This document shows, piece by piece, positions 33,328 through 42,918 of a DNA stretch of 64,000 nt. Made by a program: the position numbers and the translations under genes. Positions within the stretch are counted from its first letter, which is position 1. Each line of letters begins with the position of its first letter. Source of the DNA: an uncultured Gemmatimonadales bacterium (GTDB lineage: Bacteria > Gemmatimonadota > Gemmatimonadetes > Longimicrobiales > Gaopeijiaceae). The stretch lies in contig CAWGKG010000008.1 of assembly GCA_963823035.1 (NCBI GenBank), positions 1 to 64,000 on the forward strand. Reading direction: 5' to 3'. Below the pieces are notes generated by a model. That model was not told where the DNA came from. It was given only the letters and a program-made list of their open reading frames with translations, and made no database searches.

Positions 33328-33515
33328 GTGCCGGCGCCCACGGTCTTCATGGGCGGGGCGAGCCCCCGAGCCTGCAGGGCGACGGTGGCCGCCACGAGCA
33401 CGGCGACCGCCGCCGCCACCTTCGCGAAGAGCTTCTGGCGCGGCATGTCGGTGTTCGCCGCGCCGACGCGAGGCCGGGTGGCGATCGGGGTGGCCGTGGT
33501 CGGAGACGAGGTCAT
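33324..33515 (-). CDS. small hypothetical single-TM protein
   Basis: Fills the operon gap, has one hydrophobic helix and a GTGA overlap with the next gene. Confidence 0.35.
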   Translation of the reverse strand: MTSSPTTATPIATRPRVGAANTDMPRQKLFAKVAAAVAVLVAATVALQARGLAPPMKTVGAGT

Positions 33516-33540
33516 GACCGGATAGACCCCGATCGACGGC

Positions 33541-34440
33541 TCAGCGGTTGCTACCCACGTTGATCTGCCGCATGAGCGGCACGCCACCCTCGGTCGGGAC
33601 GTACACCACCGAGCCGGCCGGCAGCTTCGCGAGCTGCTCGATGTAGTAGAACGTCAGGTACTCGTTCGTGAGCCCCTCGGAGATGATGTGCTGGGCCTCC
33701 GCGATCCCCTTCGCCTGCTCGATCTGCTGACGTGCCTTCTCCTGGATGATCTCGGTCTGGAAGCGCTCGGCGGCCACGTTCTGCTCCCGCTGCTGCTTCT
33801 CCTCGATGGCCTCGCGCACCATCGGCGGCGCCTGCACGTCGCGCACGAAGACCTCGAGCACCTCGATGCGGTCGCCCGCCTTGGCCTGGATCGCGGTCTT
33901 CATGTCCTGCGCGATCTCGCGCCGGTTCGGGGAGAAGATGTCGTTGATCGACTTGGTGGCCACGGCGTCACGCACGCCGTTGCGCACCGCGTTCAGCACG
34001 ATGCGCGACTTGATCTGACTCTCGGAGCCGATGCGCCGATACAGGTCGGGCGCGTGCGCCGGGTCGAGCCGGTACAGGATCGACACCTCGAGCGCCACGT
34101 TGAGCTGCTCGCTGGTCTGGGCGTCGATCTTCTCGATGCTGCCGTCCGGCGGGAAGCTCTGCTCGCGGATCGACATCTTCTCGATGCTGGCGAGTGGGTT
34201 GATCACGTGGACGCCCGGCTCGAGGGCGGCGGTGGAGATGCTCCCCAGGAAGTGCTGGATGCCGACCTCGCCGACCGAGATCACAGCGACCGTGTTCGAG
34301 GCCGCGATCAGGAGGCCGGCGATCATGAATCCGTATCCGGCCAGGCGGGCGGCACCGGCCGACTTGCCGATGGAGGGTCCGACGGAGCGGATCACCGCGC
34401 CCAGGATGATGGCGAAGACGGCGAGGATGATGGGGGCCAT
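33541..34440 (-). CDS. SPFH/prohibitin (band 7) membrane protein
   Basis: N-terminal TMs, LEPGVHVINP, QTSEQLNVALEVSILYRL, C-terminal coiled coil. Confidence 0.85.
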   Translation of the reverse strand: MAPIILAVFAIILGAVIRSVGPSIGKSAGAARLAGYGFMIAGLLIAASNTVAVISVGEVGIQHFLGSISTAALEPGVHVINPLASIEKMSIREQSFPPDGSIEKIDAQTSEQLNVALEVSILYRLDPAHAPDLYRRIGSESQIKSRIVLNAVRNGVRDAVATKSINDIFSPNRREIAQDMKTAIQAKAGDRIEVLEVFVRDVQAPPMVREAIEEKQQREQNVAAERFQTEIIQEKARQQIEQAKGIAEAQHIISEGLTNEYLTFYYIEQLAKLPAGSVVYVPTEGGVPLMRQINVGSNR

Positions 34441-34563
34441 GAATGAGGTCCTCCGACGTGGGGGAACGGCTTTCGATCGCGGTGTCCTGCTCCGCGGGCA
34501 GGTTCGTACGCACTACGGGCGAGCGGGGCGGCTTCTTCGGCCTCCGGAAGCGCTCCGCGGGGG

Positions 34564-34761
34564 TCAGCCTTCCCCGAGATAGGCGCGATCGTCGGGGTCG
34601 ACGGCCACGCGCACCTCGACGAGGTCGGCCTCGGCGACGACCTCGTCGGGCGTGTCCCGCGCCGCCTTCTCGAGGGCTTCCCGGATGTCCGCCGCGTCGA
34701 CCGTGAAGGTGTGGTAACGGTGATAGCGCACGCCGTAGCGCACGGTGATCTGGAACGTCAT
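34564..34761 (-). CDS. small hypothetical protein (65 aa)
   Basis: Protein-like composition; TAGATT box 6 nt before the ATG. Confidence 0.65.
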   Translation of the reverse strand: MTFQITVRYGVRYHRYHTFTVDAADIREALEKAARDTPDEVVAEADLVEVRVAVDPDDRAYLGEG

Positions 34762-34786
34762 GGCCTGAATCTATATCGTCCGCCCC

Positions 34787-36104
34787 ATGAATCCCGCCTT
34801 TCTCCCCTATCGCGCGGCGCAGCGGATTCTCCGGGGCGTCGCTCCCATGCTGGGTCGAGGCGATTCGAAGCTCGCGAGGGGCATCGTCGGCCGGCGAGCG
34901 ACTGCCGCCCGCCTGGCCGGCTGGGGCTCGGTGTCGCGCGAGGAGGGGCGCCCGGGCGCGTGGATGCACGCCCCCTCGGTGGGTGAGGGGCTCCAGGCGC
35001 GCGCCGTGCTCGAGGCTTGGCGGGCGCTGCGCCCCGAGCTGCAGGTGATCTATACGCACTTCTCTCCGTCGGCCGTGGAGCTCGCGCGCAGGATGCCGGC
35101 GGATGTGGCCGGCTATCTCCCGTGGGATCTTCCCGGGGAGATGGCGCGCGTGCTCGACGCCGCGAGGCCGGACATCGTCGTCTTCACGAAGACGGAGGCG
35201 TGGCCGGTGCTCGTCGACGAGGCGCGGCGCCGGAAGGTGCCGGTGGCGCTGGTGGGCGGGACGGTCCCGCCGGGGTCCGGGCGCGGCCGCTGGCCTGCGC
35301 GCGCGCTTCTGCGCAGCATGTGGGGCAGGATGGCGCTCGTGGGGGCGATCGACGAAGCGGACGCCGAAGGCTTCCGTGCCCTGGGCGTGGCGCGCGACGC
35401 GGTGCACGTCACCGGCGACCCCGGGATCGATTCGGCCGCGCAGCGCGCGCGCGCCGCCGACCCCGCATCCCCCTGGCTCGCGCCGTTCCACGCGGACCGC
35501 CGTCCGACCCTGGTGGCCGGCTCGACCTGGCCGGCCGACGACGCCGTGTTGCTCCCGGCGATGGTGGCCGTGCGTGGCCGGGTCCCCGAGGCCCGTGCGG
35601 TGCTCGCGCCCCACGAGCCCACCGAGCGTCACGTGCGCGACCTGGTCGGAGTCCTGGAGGGAGACGGCTGGCGCGTCGCCACGCTCTCCCAGGTGGAGAA
35701 GCGCGGCGACGTGCGGGGCGCGGACGCCGTGGTCGTGGACCGGGTCGGCGTCCTGGCGCAGCTCTACACGGTGGGAGACGTGGCCTATGTGGGTGGCGGC
35801 TTCCACGACGCGGGGCTGCATTCGGTGCTGGAGCCGGCAGCGGCGTCCCTCCCCGTGGCCTTCGGGCCCAGGCACGACAACGCTCGAGCGGCGGGCGAGC
35901 TTCTTGCAGGTAGGTGGGGCGAGCGAGGTCGGTGCGCCCGGCGCGCTGGCCGAGGCGCTGACGCGTTGGCTCTCCGACGACGAGGAACGCCGCCGCGCCG
36001 GCGAGCGCAACTTCGGGTACATTCAGCACCACCTCGGTGCCGCGGAGCGTTCCGCGATCCTGTTGAACCAACTCCTGCCGCACGCCCGGAAGCCCGGCCC
36101 ATGA
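34787..36104 (+). CDS. waaA: Kdo transferase (apparent frameshift near 35912)
   Basis: WMHAPSVGE, YLPWDLP, AGSTW, AYVGGGF, HSVLEPAA. Confidence 0.88.
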
Positions 36105-36159
36105 CCGAAGCGCGAGACGTCCGCCCGAACGACCCCACGGCCGGAAGGCCCGCTACCCC

Positions 36160-37692
36160 GTGACCCGACGCATCGGACCTGCCGCCAGCCTGGCGCTCCT
36201 CCTGGTGCTCGGAGCGTGCGAAGCCGGCCCGTCGGCCTTCGCCCGCGGGGCAGCGGACGGCAAGAGCCCGCTCGATACCGCCGATGCGGCGACACTCCCG
36301 GAGATCCCGACGGCCGCCGACGTCGAGCCGGCGGACGCGGCGCACGAGGTGGTGGCGGCGGAGGACACGACTCCGCCCACGCGGCCCGAAGCCGCCGAGG
36401 TCGCTTCCGCGAACGCCGCCACCGAGTCCGCGGACTCGCTGGAGCCTCCACACTTCGAGCGTCCGGAGCACATCCGGGGGATCTACCTCAACGCCTGGGC
36501 CGCGGGCTCGCGGCGGCGCATCGAGGATCTGGTGGGGCTCGCCCGCCGCACCGAGATCAACACCTTCGTCATCGACATCAAGGATGCGAGCGGCTACGTC
36601 AGCCATCGCACGGAAGTCCCCATGGCGCGGGAGATCGGCGCGACGGAGGAGCGACGCATCTCGGATCTGCCGGGGCTCCTGCGGCGGCTGCACGACGAGG
36701 GCATCTATCCGATCGCTCGCATCGTGATCGTGAAGGACCCGCTGCTCACGGCGGCCCATCCCGAGATGGCGATCCAGAACGTGAACGGTGGCGCCTTCAA
36801 GGACGGCAAGGGCATCGTCTGGCTGAACCCGTACGACCATCGCGTCTGGGACTACCACGTCGCGCTCGCGCGTGAGGTCGTCGGCATGGGCTTCCCCGAG
36901 GTCCAATGGGACTACGTGCGCTTCCCGGACATCCCGGCCGCGGAGAAGGAGCTGGTGTCCTACCCGGGCGCCGGTGAGACCAGCAAGCCCGACGCCATCC
37001 GCGCGTTCCTGACGTACGCCCGCGATCAGCTCGGCCCGCTCGGGGTGCGCGTCACGGCCGACGTGTTCGGCGTCACGACCTCGGCCTCCCGGGACGTGGG
37101 CATCGGACAGGTGTGGGAGTCCTTCATCGGCGCCGTCGACGTCGCCCTGCCGATGGTCTACCCGAGCCACTACTGGGAGGGCAGCTTCGGCTTCCAGAAG
37201 CCGAACGCCTATCCCTACGAGATCGTCCGCCACGCCATCGCCGACGCGCTGCGCCGCTCCGACGAGGTCGAGGGAGCCGGGGCGACGCGCCCGTGGCTGC
37301 AGGACTTCAGCCTGGGCAAGCCGAGGTACGACGCGCCCGAGGTGCGCGCCCAGATCCAGGCCGCCTACGACGCCGGGGTGGACGAGTGGATCCTGTGGAA
37401 TCCGGGGAGCCACTACACCGAGGCGGCGCTCGAACCGGAGGGCGGCTTCTCCAGCGAACCCGACATCCGCATCGCGAACCGGGTCGTGCCGGTGACGGAG
37501 CGGCTCGCGATCCTCGACTCGATCGCTGCGGTGAAGGCCACCGCCGATTCGCTGAAGGCCGCACGGCGCGCCGAGGCCGACAGCCTCCGTGTGCGGGCTC
37601 AACGCGCGGCCGCCGACAGCGCACGGGCACGGGCCGCGCGCGCTCACCCGGACACGACCGGCGCGCTCTTCCGGGAGCGACCCCCGGCCTAG
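36160..37692 (+). CDS. putative glycoside hydrolase lipoprotein (DUF4015-like)
   Basis: Lipobox LGAC, IRGIYL, VIDIKD, EVQWDYVRFP, PMVYPSHY, RPWLQDF. Confidence 0.8.
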   Translation: MTRRIGPAASLALLLVLGACEAGPSAFARGAADGKSPLDTADAATLPEIPTAADVEPADAAHEVVAAEDTTPPTRPEAAEVASANAATESADSLEPPHFERPEHIRGIYLNAWAAGSRRRIEDLVGLARRTEINTFVIDIKDASGYVSHRTEVPMAREIGATEERRISDLPGLLRRLHDEGIYPIARIVIVKDPLLTAAHPEMAIQNVNGGAFKDGKGIVWLNPYDHRVWDYHVALAREVVGMGFPEVQWDYVRFPDIPAAEKELVSYPGAGETSKPDAIRAFLTYARDQLGPLGVRVTADVFGVTTSASRDVGIGQVWESFIGAVDVALPMVYPSHYWEGSFGFQKPNAYPYEIVRHAIADALRRSDEVEGAGATRPWLQDFSLGKPRYDAPEVRAQIQAAYDAGVDEWILWNPGSHYTEAALEPEGGFSSEPDIRIANRVVPVTERLAILDSIAAVKATADSLKAARRAEADSLRVRAQRAAADSARARAARAHPDTTGALFRERPPA

Positions 37693-37708
37693 GCCGGCCT
37701 CATGAGGC

Positions 37709-40303
37709 TCATTCCGCGCCGAGGGCCTCGCGCGGGTCGACCCGCGTGGCGCGGCGCGCCGGCACCCACGTCGCGACCGCCGCGGTCGCCGCCACCGTGA
37801 GGGCCGCCGCGAGCAGCATCGGTACGCGTGAGCCGACCGCCCCGAAGAGCAGGTCGTCCAGGTAGCGCGACAGCCAGAGCGAGACGAGCGCCCCGGCCAC
37901 GACGCCGAGGGCCGTGATGGCCGCGCCTCGCCGCACCAGCAGACCGACGACCTCCGTCGAGCGGGCGCCGAGCGCGAGGCGCAGGCCGATCTCCCGGGTG
38001 CGCTGCCGGACCGCGAAGAGGATCAGCCCGTAGATCGCCATGACCGAGAGGATCAGGGCCACCGCCCCGAGCGCGCCCATGACCAGGAGGTCGAAGCGGT
38101 CGCTCGCGACCGAGGCTCTCACCCCGTCGGCCAGGCGTCGGACGGAGGGCACCGGGAGCGCCGGGTCGGCGCCCCATACGGCGTTGCGGATCTCGTTCGC
38201 GGACGCGAGCGGGGCTTCCGCGTGGAAGCGGACGAGGAACACCGCCCAGGGTAGCATTCCCCCGGACGGGAAGAAGAGCGTGGCCGGGGGCGTGGTGGCC
38301 AACTCCAGGTCCTCCACGTCGGAGACGACCCCCACGATGCGTCGCCAGTTGGTGCCGTCCCACCCGAACGCCACACTCCGGCCGATGGCCGACGCCGCGT
38401 CTCCGAAAAGCTGGCGGGCGAGGGTGCGCGTCACGACCACCACCGACTCGGCGCTCTCGCCGTCGTCGGCCGGCTCCAGGAGGCGGCCCTCGAGCAACCT
38501 CACGTCGGCCGCGTCGAACCACGTCGACGACACCGCCCGCCAGCGCGTCCACGGCGCGGTCTCCGCGGTGATCGCGCGCCCCTGGACGTTCAGGTTGATC
38601 ACCGAGTTGGCGCCGCTGAACGGACGGATGTTCGAGCTGCCGGCCGCCTCGACACCCGGCACCGCGGCCAGCCGCTCCTGGATGCCGTTCAGCACGACGG
38701 CACGCTCGGACGAGGTGTATCGGTCGCCGGAAAGCATCAGCGGTACCACGAGCGTGTGGTCCACGTCCATCCCCGAGTCGACGCGATGGAGGCGCAGGAA
38801 GCTCTCCCCCAGCGCCGCCGTCCCGAAGAGGAGGCAGAGCGAGACCGCAACCTGGGCCGCGACCAGGGCCGAGCGCAGCCGGTCGCTGCGGCCTCCCGCC
38901 ACGTGTCCGGCGCCGCGCGCGGAGTCGCCGCTCGGTCGGCCGAGCACGTGCAGCACCGGCGCCAGCCCGAAGATGAGGCCGGTCGCCATGGCCGTGGCCA
39001 CCGCGAAGGCGGCCACGACCGCGTCGATCGACGCCTCGTCGATGCGCGGTGTATCCGCGGGACTGACGTGCTGCAGCACGGGGAGGAAGACGTGCGCGAG
39101 GAGGATTCCGGCGATCGCGCCGAGACCGGCCAGCACGAGGCTCTCCGTGATGAGCTGCTGCACCAGGCGAGCCCGGCCGGCGCCCAGTGCGACCCGCAGG
39201 TCCATCTCGCGCCCGCGCCCGCCGGCGCGGGCGAGGAGGAGGTTGGAGACGCTCGCGCAGGCGAGGAGGAGGAGGAGTCCGACCGCGCCCAGCAGCACGT
39301 ATCCGGCCTGGATGCGGGCCGGCCCGAGGATCGCGGTGCGGAGAGGGCGGAGTTGGACGCCCCATCCCCCGTTCGTGAGGGGGTTCTCACGGCCGACCTC
39401 CGCCGCCACGGCGCGAGCGTCCGCCTCCGCGCTCTCGACCGTGACGCCATCGATCACGCGACCGACCACGTCCAGGTTGTGGTCCGTCCGGTCGGGGTTG
39501 GTGAAGGTGATCGGGAGCCAGAGGTCCGCGTCCCGCAGGAGGGGCGACCACCCCTTGGGCGCCACGCCCACGATCTCGTACGGGGCGTCGTCGAGCACCA
39601 GGTTGCGACCCAGCACGTCGGGATCGGCCGAGAGGTGCTCGCGCCAGAAGGCGTGGCTCACCACCACCAGCCTCCGCACGACGCGCGCGGACTCGTCGTC
39701 GTCGAAGGCGCGCCCGAGCGAGGGCGTGCCCCCGAAGAGCGGGAAGAAGCTCCCGGTCACGACCCCGGCGACCACGTTCGTGGGACGTCCGTCCTCGACG
39801 AGCGTCAGGTCCGACCTGCTGACCGCGGTGAGAAGCTCGAGCGACCGGATCCGCGCGCGGAAGTCCTCGAAGTTGGGCTCGGCCACGGACATGCGCCCGC
39901 CGTCGGGGGTCTCCTCGTTGAGCACCACGATGTGGCCCGCCCGCGGATAGGGGAGCGGGTCGAGCACCACGCCCTTCACGAGACCGAAGATTGCCGTGGC
40001 CGCCCCGATGCCGAGCGCCAGCGTGAGGATGGCCACGGCCGCGAAGCCCGGCGCCCGCCGGAACTGCCGCAGCGTGAACGCGAGGTCGTGGCGCAGGCGG
40101 TCCGCCACGAGCCCGAGCCGGCCGCGCGTCGGCTCGTCGATCTCCTCGAGCTCGGCGCGCACGGCGTCGACGTCGCCGAAGGCGTGCTCGGCCTCCCGGC
40201 GCGCTTCCTCGGGGTCCATCCCCGATGCGACGAGGCGCTCCGCGCGCTCCTCGATGTGGTGACGGATCTCGTCGTCCAGGCGCTTGCCCTGCAGCGGATT
40301 CAC
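37709..40303 (-). CDS. ADOP-type duplicated ABC permease (MacB/FtsX domains)
   Basis: LDDEIRHHIE prefix domain, [33 protein letters not shown]. Confidence 0.9.
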   Translation of the reverse strand: MNPLQGKRLDDEIRHHIEERAERLVASGMDPEEARREAEHAFGDVDAVRAELEEIDEPTRGRLGLVADRLRHDLAFTLRQFRRAPGFAAVAILTLALGIGAATAIFGLVKGVVLDPLPYPRAGHIVVLNEETPDGGRMSVAEPNFEDFRARIRSLELLTAVSRSDLTLVEDGRPTNVVAGVVTGSFFPLFGGTPSLGRAFDDDESARVVRRLVVVSHAFWREHLSADPDVLGRNLVLDDAPYEIVGVAPKGWSPLLRDADLWLPITFTNPDRTDHNLDVVGRVIDGVTVESAEADARAVAAEVGRENPLTNGGWGVQLRPLRTAILGPARIQAGYVLLGAVGLLLLLACASVSNLLLARAGGRGREMDLRVALGAGRARLVQQLITESLVLAGLGAIAGILLAHVFLPVLQHVSPADTPRIDEASIDAVVAAFAVATAMATGLIFGLAPVLHVLGRPSGDSARGAGHVAGGRSDRLRSALVAAQVAVSLCLLFGTAALGESFLRLHRVDSGMDVDHTLVVPLMLSGDRYTSSERAVVLNGIQERLAAVPGVEAAGSSNIRPFSGANSVINLNVQGRAITAETAPWTRWRAVSSTWFDAADVRLLEGRLLEPADDGESAESVVVVTRTLARQLFGDAASAIGRSVAFGWDGTNWRRIVGVVSDVEDLELATTPPATLFFPSGGMLPWAVFLVRFHAEAPLASANEIRNAVWGADPALPVPSVRRLADGVRASVASDRFDLLVMGALGAVALILSVMAIYGLILFAVRQRTREIGLRLALGARSTEVVGLLVRRGAAITALGVVAGALVSLWLSRYLDDLLFGAVGSRVPMLLAAALTVAATAAVATWVPARRATRVDPREALGAE

Positions 40304-40304
40304 G

Positions 40305-40646
40305 TCACGCCTCCTGCGGCCGCGCGATCCGCTCGACCGCCGTCACGTAGCGCGCCCACCGCGCCTCCTCCACGCTGAGTGCCGCCTGCCCGGACTGCGT
40401 GAGGCGATAGTACTTCGCCCGCCGTCCCCGCTCCGAGGTGTCCCAGCGCGCCGACAGCCATCCGCGCTTCTCCATGCGATGCAGGGCGGGATAGAGGGCG
40501 CCCTCCTCGACCTGGAGGTCGTCGCGCGTGGCGCGGTGCATCCACTCCAGGATCTGGAAGCCGTGCATCTCCTCGCCGCCGGCGAGCGTGCGCAGGGCGA
40601 GGAACTCCAGCGTTCCCTTGAGGACGTTGAGGGCGTCTTCCGGCAT
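40305..40646 (-). CDS. PadR-family regulator (acidobacterial type)
   Basis: LKGTLEFLAL, MHGFQI, EEGALYPALHRME, RRAKYYRLT. Confidence 0.92.
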   Translation of the reverse strand: MPEDALNVLKGTLEFLALRTLAGGEEMHGFQILEWMHRATRDDLQVEEGALYPALHRMEKRGWLSARWDTSERGRRAKYYRLTQSGQAALSVEEARWARYVTAVERIARPQEA

Positions 40647-40656
40647 GGTCGGTCCT

Positions 40657-40706
40657 TGGCCTAAGAGTCTTAGAGCAACGTTAATGGCCTAAGAATTTTA
40701 GGTCAA
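40657..40706 (-). promoter_or_regulatory. padR promoter overlapped by two palindromic operators
   Basis: Minus strand TTGACC-N17-TAACGT; boxes CTAAGAGTCTTAG (40661) and CCTAAGAATTTTAGG (40688). Confidence 0.7.
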
Positions 40707-40851
40707 GGCCGACCGGCACGCGGCCGAGAGTGCCGCGCCGGTCGGGCGTAGCTTGCGCGCCGGAGGCACGGGCAAAGGCTGTCGCCGGAGCCTCCGGGGA
40801 CCGATCTTGGCCGTGAAGACCCCTCCCGCGAGACCCGTAGCTATCGATCAG

Positions 40852-41541
40852 ATGGTCACCTTCTACGTATTCTCGCTCGTCCTGGGTGGCGGGTTCCTGG
40901 GACTCTCCCTCCTCGGAGATCTCTTCGGGGGTCACGGCGACGTGGACCTGTCCACCGACGTCTCCCTCGACACCGACGTGTCCTTCGACGCGGACGTCCA
41001 GCTCGACGCCGACGTCGGCCACCTCGACCTGGACGGAGCGTCCGGAAGCGTCGACCTCGCGCACGCCGGGCACGCCGATGTGGGCGCTCACGCGCACGGC
41101 TCGGCGGTCGCCGCGAAGATCTTCTCGGTGCGGACCGTGATCTACGCGCTGTTCGGCTTCGGCGCCGTCGGCTCGCTGCTGACGTGGGTCCTCCCGGTCG
41201 CCTCCTCCCTCACCACGGCGGGGTTCGCCTTGGTCGGCGGCGTGATCTCGGGCACGATCATCAACACGGCGTTCGGGTGGGTGAAGCGGTCGGAGTCGGG
41301 GGCCGTCGCGGGCGATGACACCTTCGTCGGCCACGCCGCGCGGGTGACGCTCCCGGTCACGGAGGCGGGGGGGAAGATCGTCGTCGAGATGCTCGGGCAC
41401 ACGGTGGAGCTGCGGGCTCTGCCGCACGCCTCGGCGCTCGATCAGGGCGATCCTGCGACGTGGCGATCCGTGGTGGTGGTGGAGATGGAACGAGGAGTCG
41501 CGCTCGTCGCGCCCGCGCCGCAGGAGCTGCTGGACGCGTGA
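40852..41541 (+). CDS. NfeD/YqiJ-like membrane partner of flotillin
   Basis: TMs with Asp/His-rich loop, C-terminal OB-fold-like VGHAARVTLPV..GKIVV; upstream of flotillin. Confidence 0.75.
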   Translation: MVTFYVFSLVLGGGFLGLSLLGDLFGGHGDVDLSTDVSLDTDVSFDADVQLDADVGHLDLDGASGSVDLAHAGHADVGAHAHGSAVAAKIFSVRTVIYALFGFGAVGSLLTWVLPVASSLTTAGFALVGGVISGTIINTAFGWVKRSESGAVAGDDTFVGHAARVTLPVTEAGGKIVVEMLGHTVELRALPHASALDQGDPATWRSVVVVEMERGVALVAPAPQELLDA

Positions 41542-41595
41542 CGGGAAACGGAATACGAGAGGGTTGGTTCCTCTGCAGTGGACCTGGAGGGTCCC

Positions 41596-42918
41596 ATGAA
41601 TCCTGAACTGATCAACGGCGGATTCGCGCTGGCCGTCGCCATTCTCGTGGTGGTGGTCGTCGCCGTCACCACGCTCCGCGCGCTCATTGTGATCGTACCG
41701 CCCAACCGAGCCGCGGTGCTGACGGGTCGCGAGCGGAAGCTCATCTCCGGCGAGACGGTGGGTTACCGCTCGGTCATCGGCGGGCGAACGCTACGCGTCC
41801 CGATCGTCGAGAGCGTCCAGCACATCTCGTTGGAGACGTTCCCCGTCGAGATCTCCGTGGCCAACGCCTTCTCCAAGGGCAACATCCCCCTCAACATCGA
41901 GGCCATCGCCGCGGTGAAGATCGCCTCGCAGCCGGAGACGATCTTCAACAACGCCGTCGAACGGCTCCTCGGGAAGACCGAGCAGGAGATCTGGGCGCTC
42001 GCGAAGGACACCCTCATGGGGAACCTGCGCGGCGTGCTGGCGACGCTGACCCCCGAGGAGGTGAACGAGGATCGTCTGGGCTTCGCCCGGGCCCTCGCCG
42101 AAGATGCCGGGGAGGACCTGGCGGCGCTCGGCTTCCACCTGGACGTCCTCAAGATCCAGAACGTGAGCGACGAGCGCGGCTACCTGGAGGCGATCGGGCG
42201 CAAGCGCGCCGCGGAGGCCGTCCGCGACGCGGAGATCGCCGAGGCCGACGCCACGGCGGAGACCCGGCAGCGGCAGGCGGCGGCCCGGCAGCTCTCCGAG
42301 ATCAAGGAGGCCGAGGCGGCCGTGCGGATCGCCGAGGCGCAGAACCAGCTGCGCGTGCGCAAGGCCGAGCTGGACCGCGAGGCGCAGATCGTGGAGCGCA
42401 CCGCCCAGGTGAAGGCCCAGGAATCCGAGGTCGAGGCGCAGAAGGCGCTGGAGACCCGCCGCGTGGAGCGCGAGAAGCTGCGGCTGCAGGCCGACGTGGT
42501 GGAGCCCGCCAACGCCGAGCGCTCGGCCGCCAAGGCCCGCGCCGAAGGCGAGGCCGCGCCGATCCTCGAGAGGGGACGCGCGAGCGCGCAGGTCCTGCAG
42601 ATGCTCTACGAGCAGGTGCAGGCCGGCGGCGATCAGGCGTTCGCGGTCCTGCTCGCGGAGAAGCTGCCCGAGCTGCTGGCCACCTCGGTGGCGGCGGTCG
42701 AGGGGGTGGACATCGATCGCGTGGTCGTGATCGACGGGGGCAGCGGCTCGGGTGTGAGCAACGCGGTCAACCAGCGGGTGCACGGCGCTCTCGGTACCGT
42801 GGAGGCGATCTCCTCGGCCGTGGGCATCGACATCCAGTCGGTGCTGCGCGGCGCGTCGGCGAGGCTGAGCGCGAAGGCCTCGGACGGATCCGAGTCGCAG
42901 CCCAAGCCTACCGGTTGA
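41596..42918 (+). CDS. flotillin-family SPFH protein
   Basis: VPPNRAAVLTG, GGRTLRVPIVE, GNLRGVLATLTPEEVN, AEA-rich coiled coil. Confidence 0.9.
   Translation: MNPELINGGFALAVAILVVVVVAVTTLRALIVIVPPNRAAVLTGRERKLISGETVGYRSVIGGRTLRVPIVESVQHISLETFPVEISVANAFSKGNIPLNIEAIAAVKIASQPETIFNNAVERLLGKTEQEIWALAKDTLMGNLRGVLATLTPEEVNEDRLGFARALAEDAGEDLAALGFHLDVLKIQNVSDERGYLEAIGRKRAAEAVRDAEIAEADATAETRQRQAAARQLSEIKEAEAAVRIAEAQNQLRVRKAELDREAQIVERTAQVKAQESEVEAQKALETRRVEREKLRLQADVVEPANAERSAAKARAEGEAAPILERGRASAQVLQMLYEQVQAGGDQAFAVLLAEKLPELLATSVAAVEGVDIDRVVVIDGGSGSGVSNAVNQRVHGALGTVEAISSAVGIDIQSVLRGASARLSAKASDGSESQPKPTG

Noticed and set aside
40930..41035. 18-bp periodic DVxLDx repeats in the NfeD-like gene
   Set aside because: Low-complexity Asp/His-rich loops are common in flotillin-partner proteins; not a separate element.
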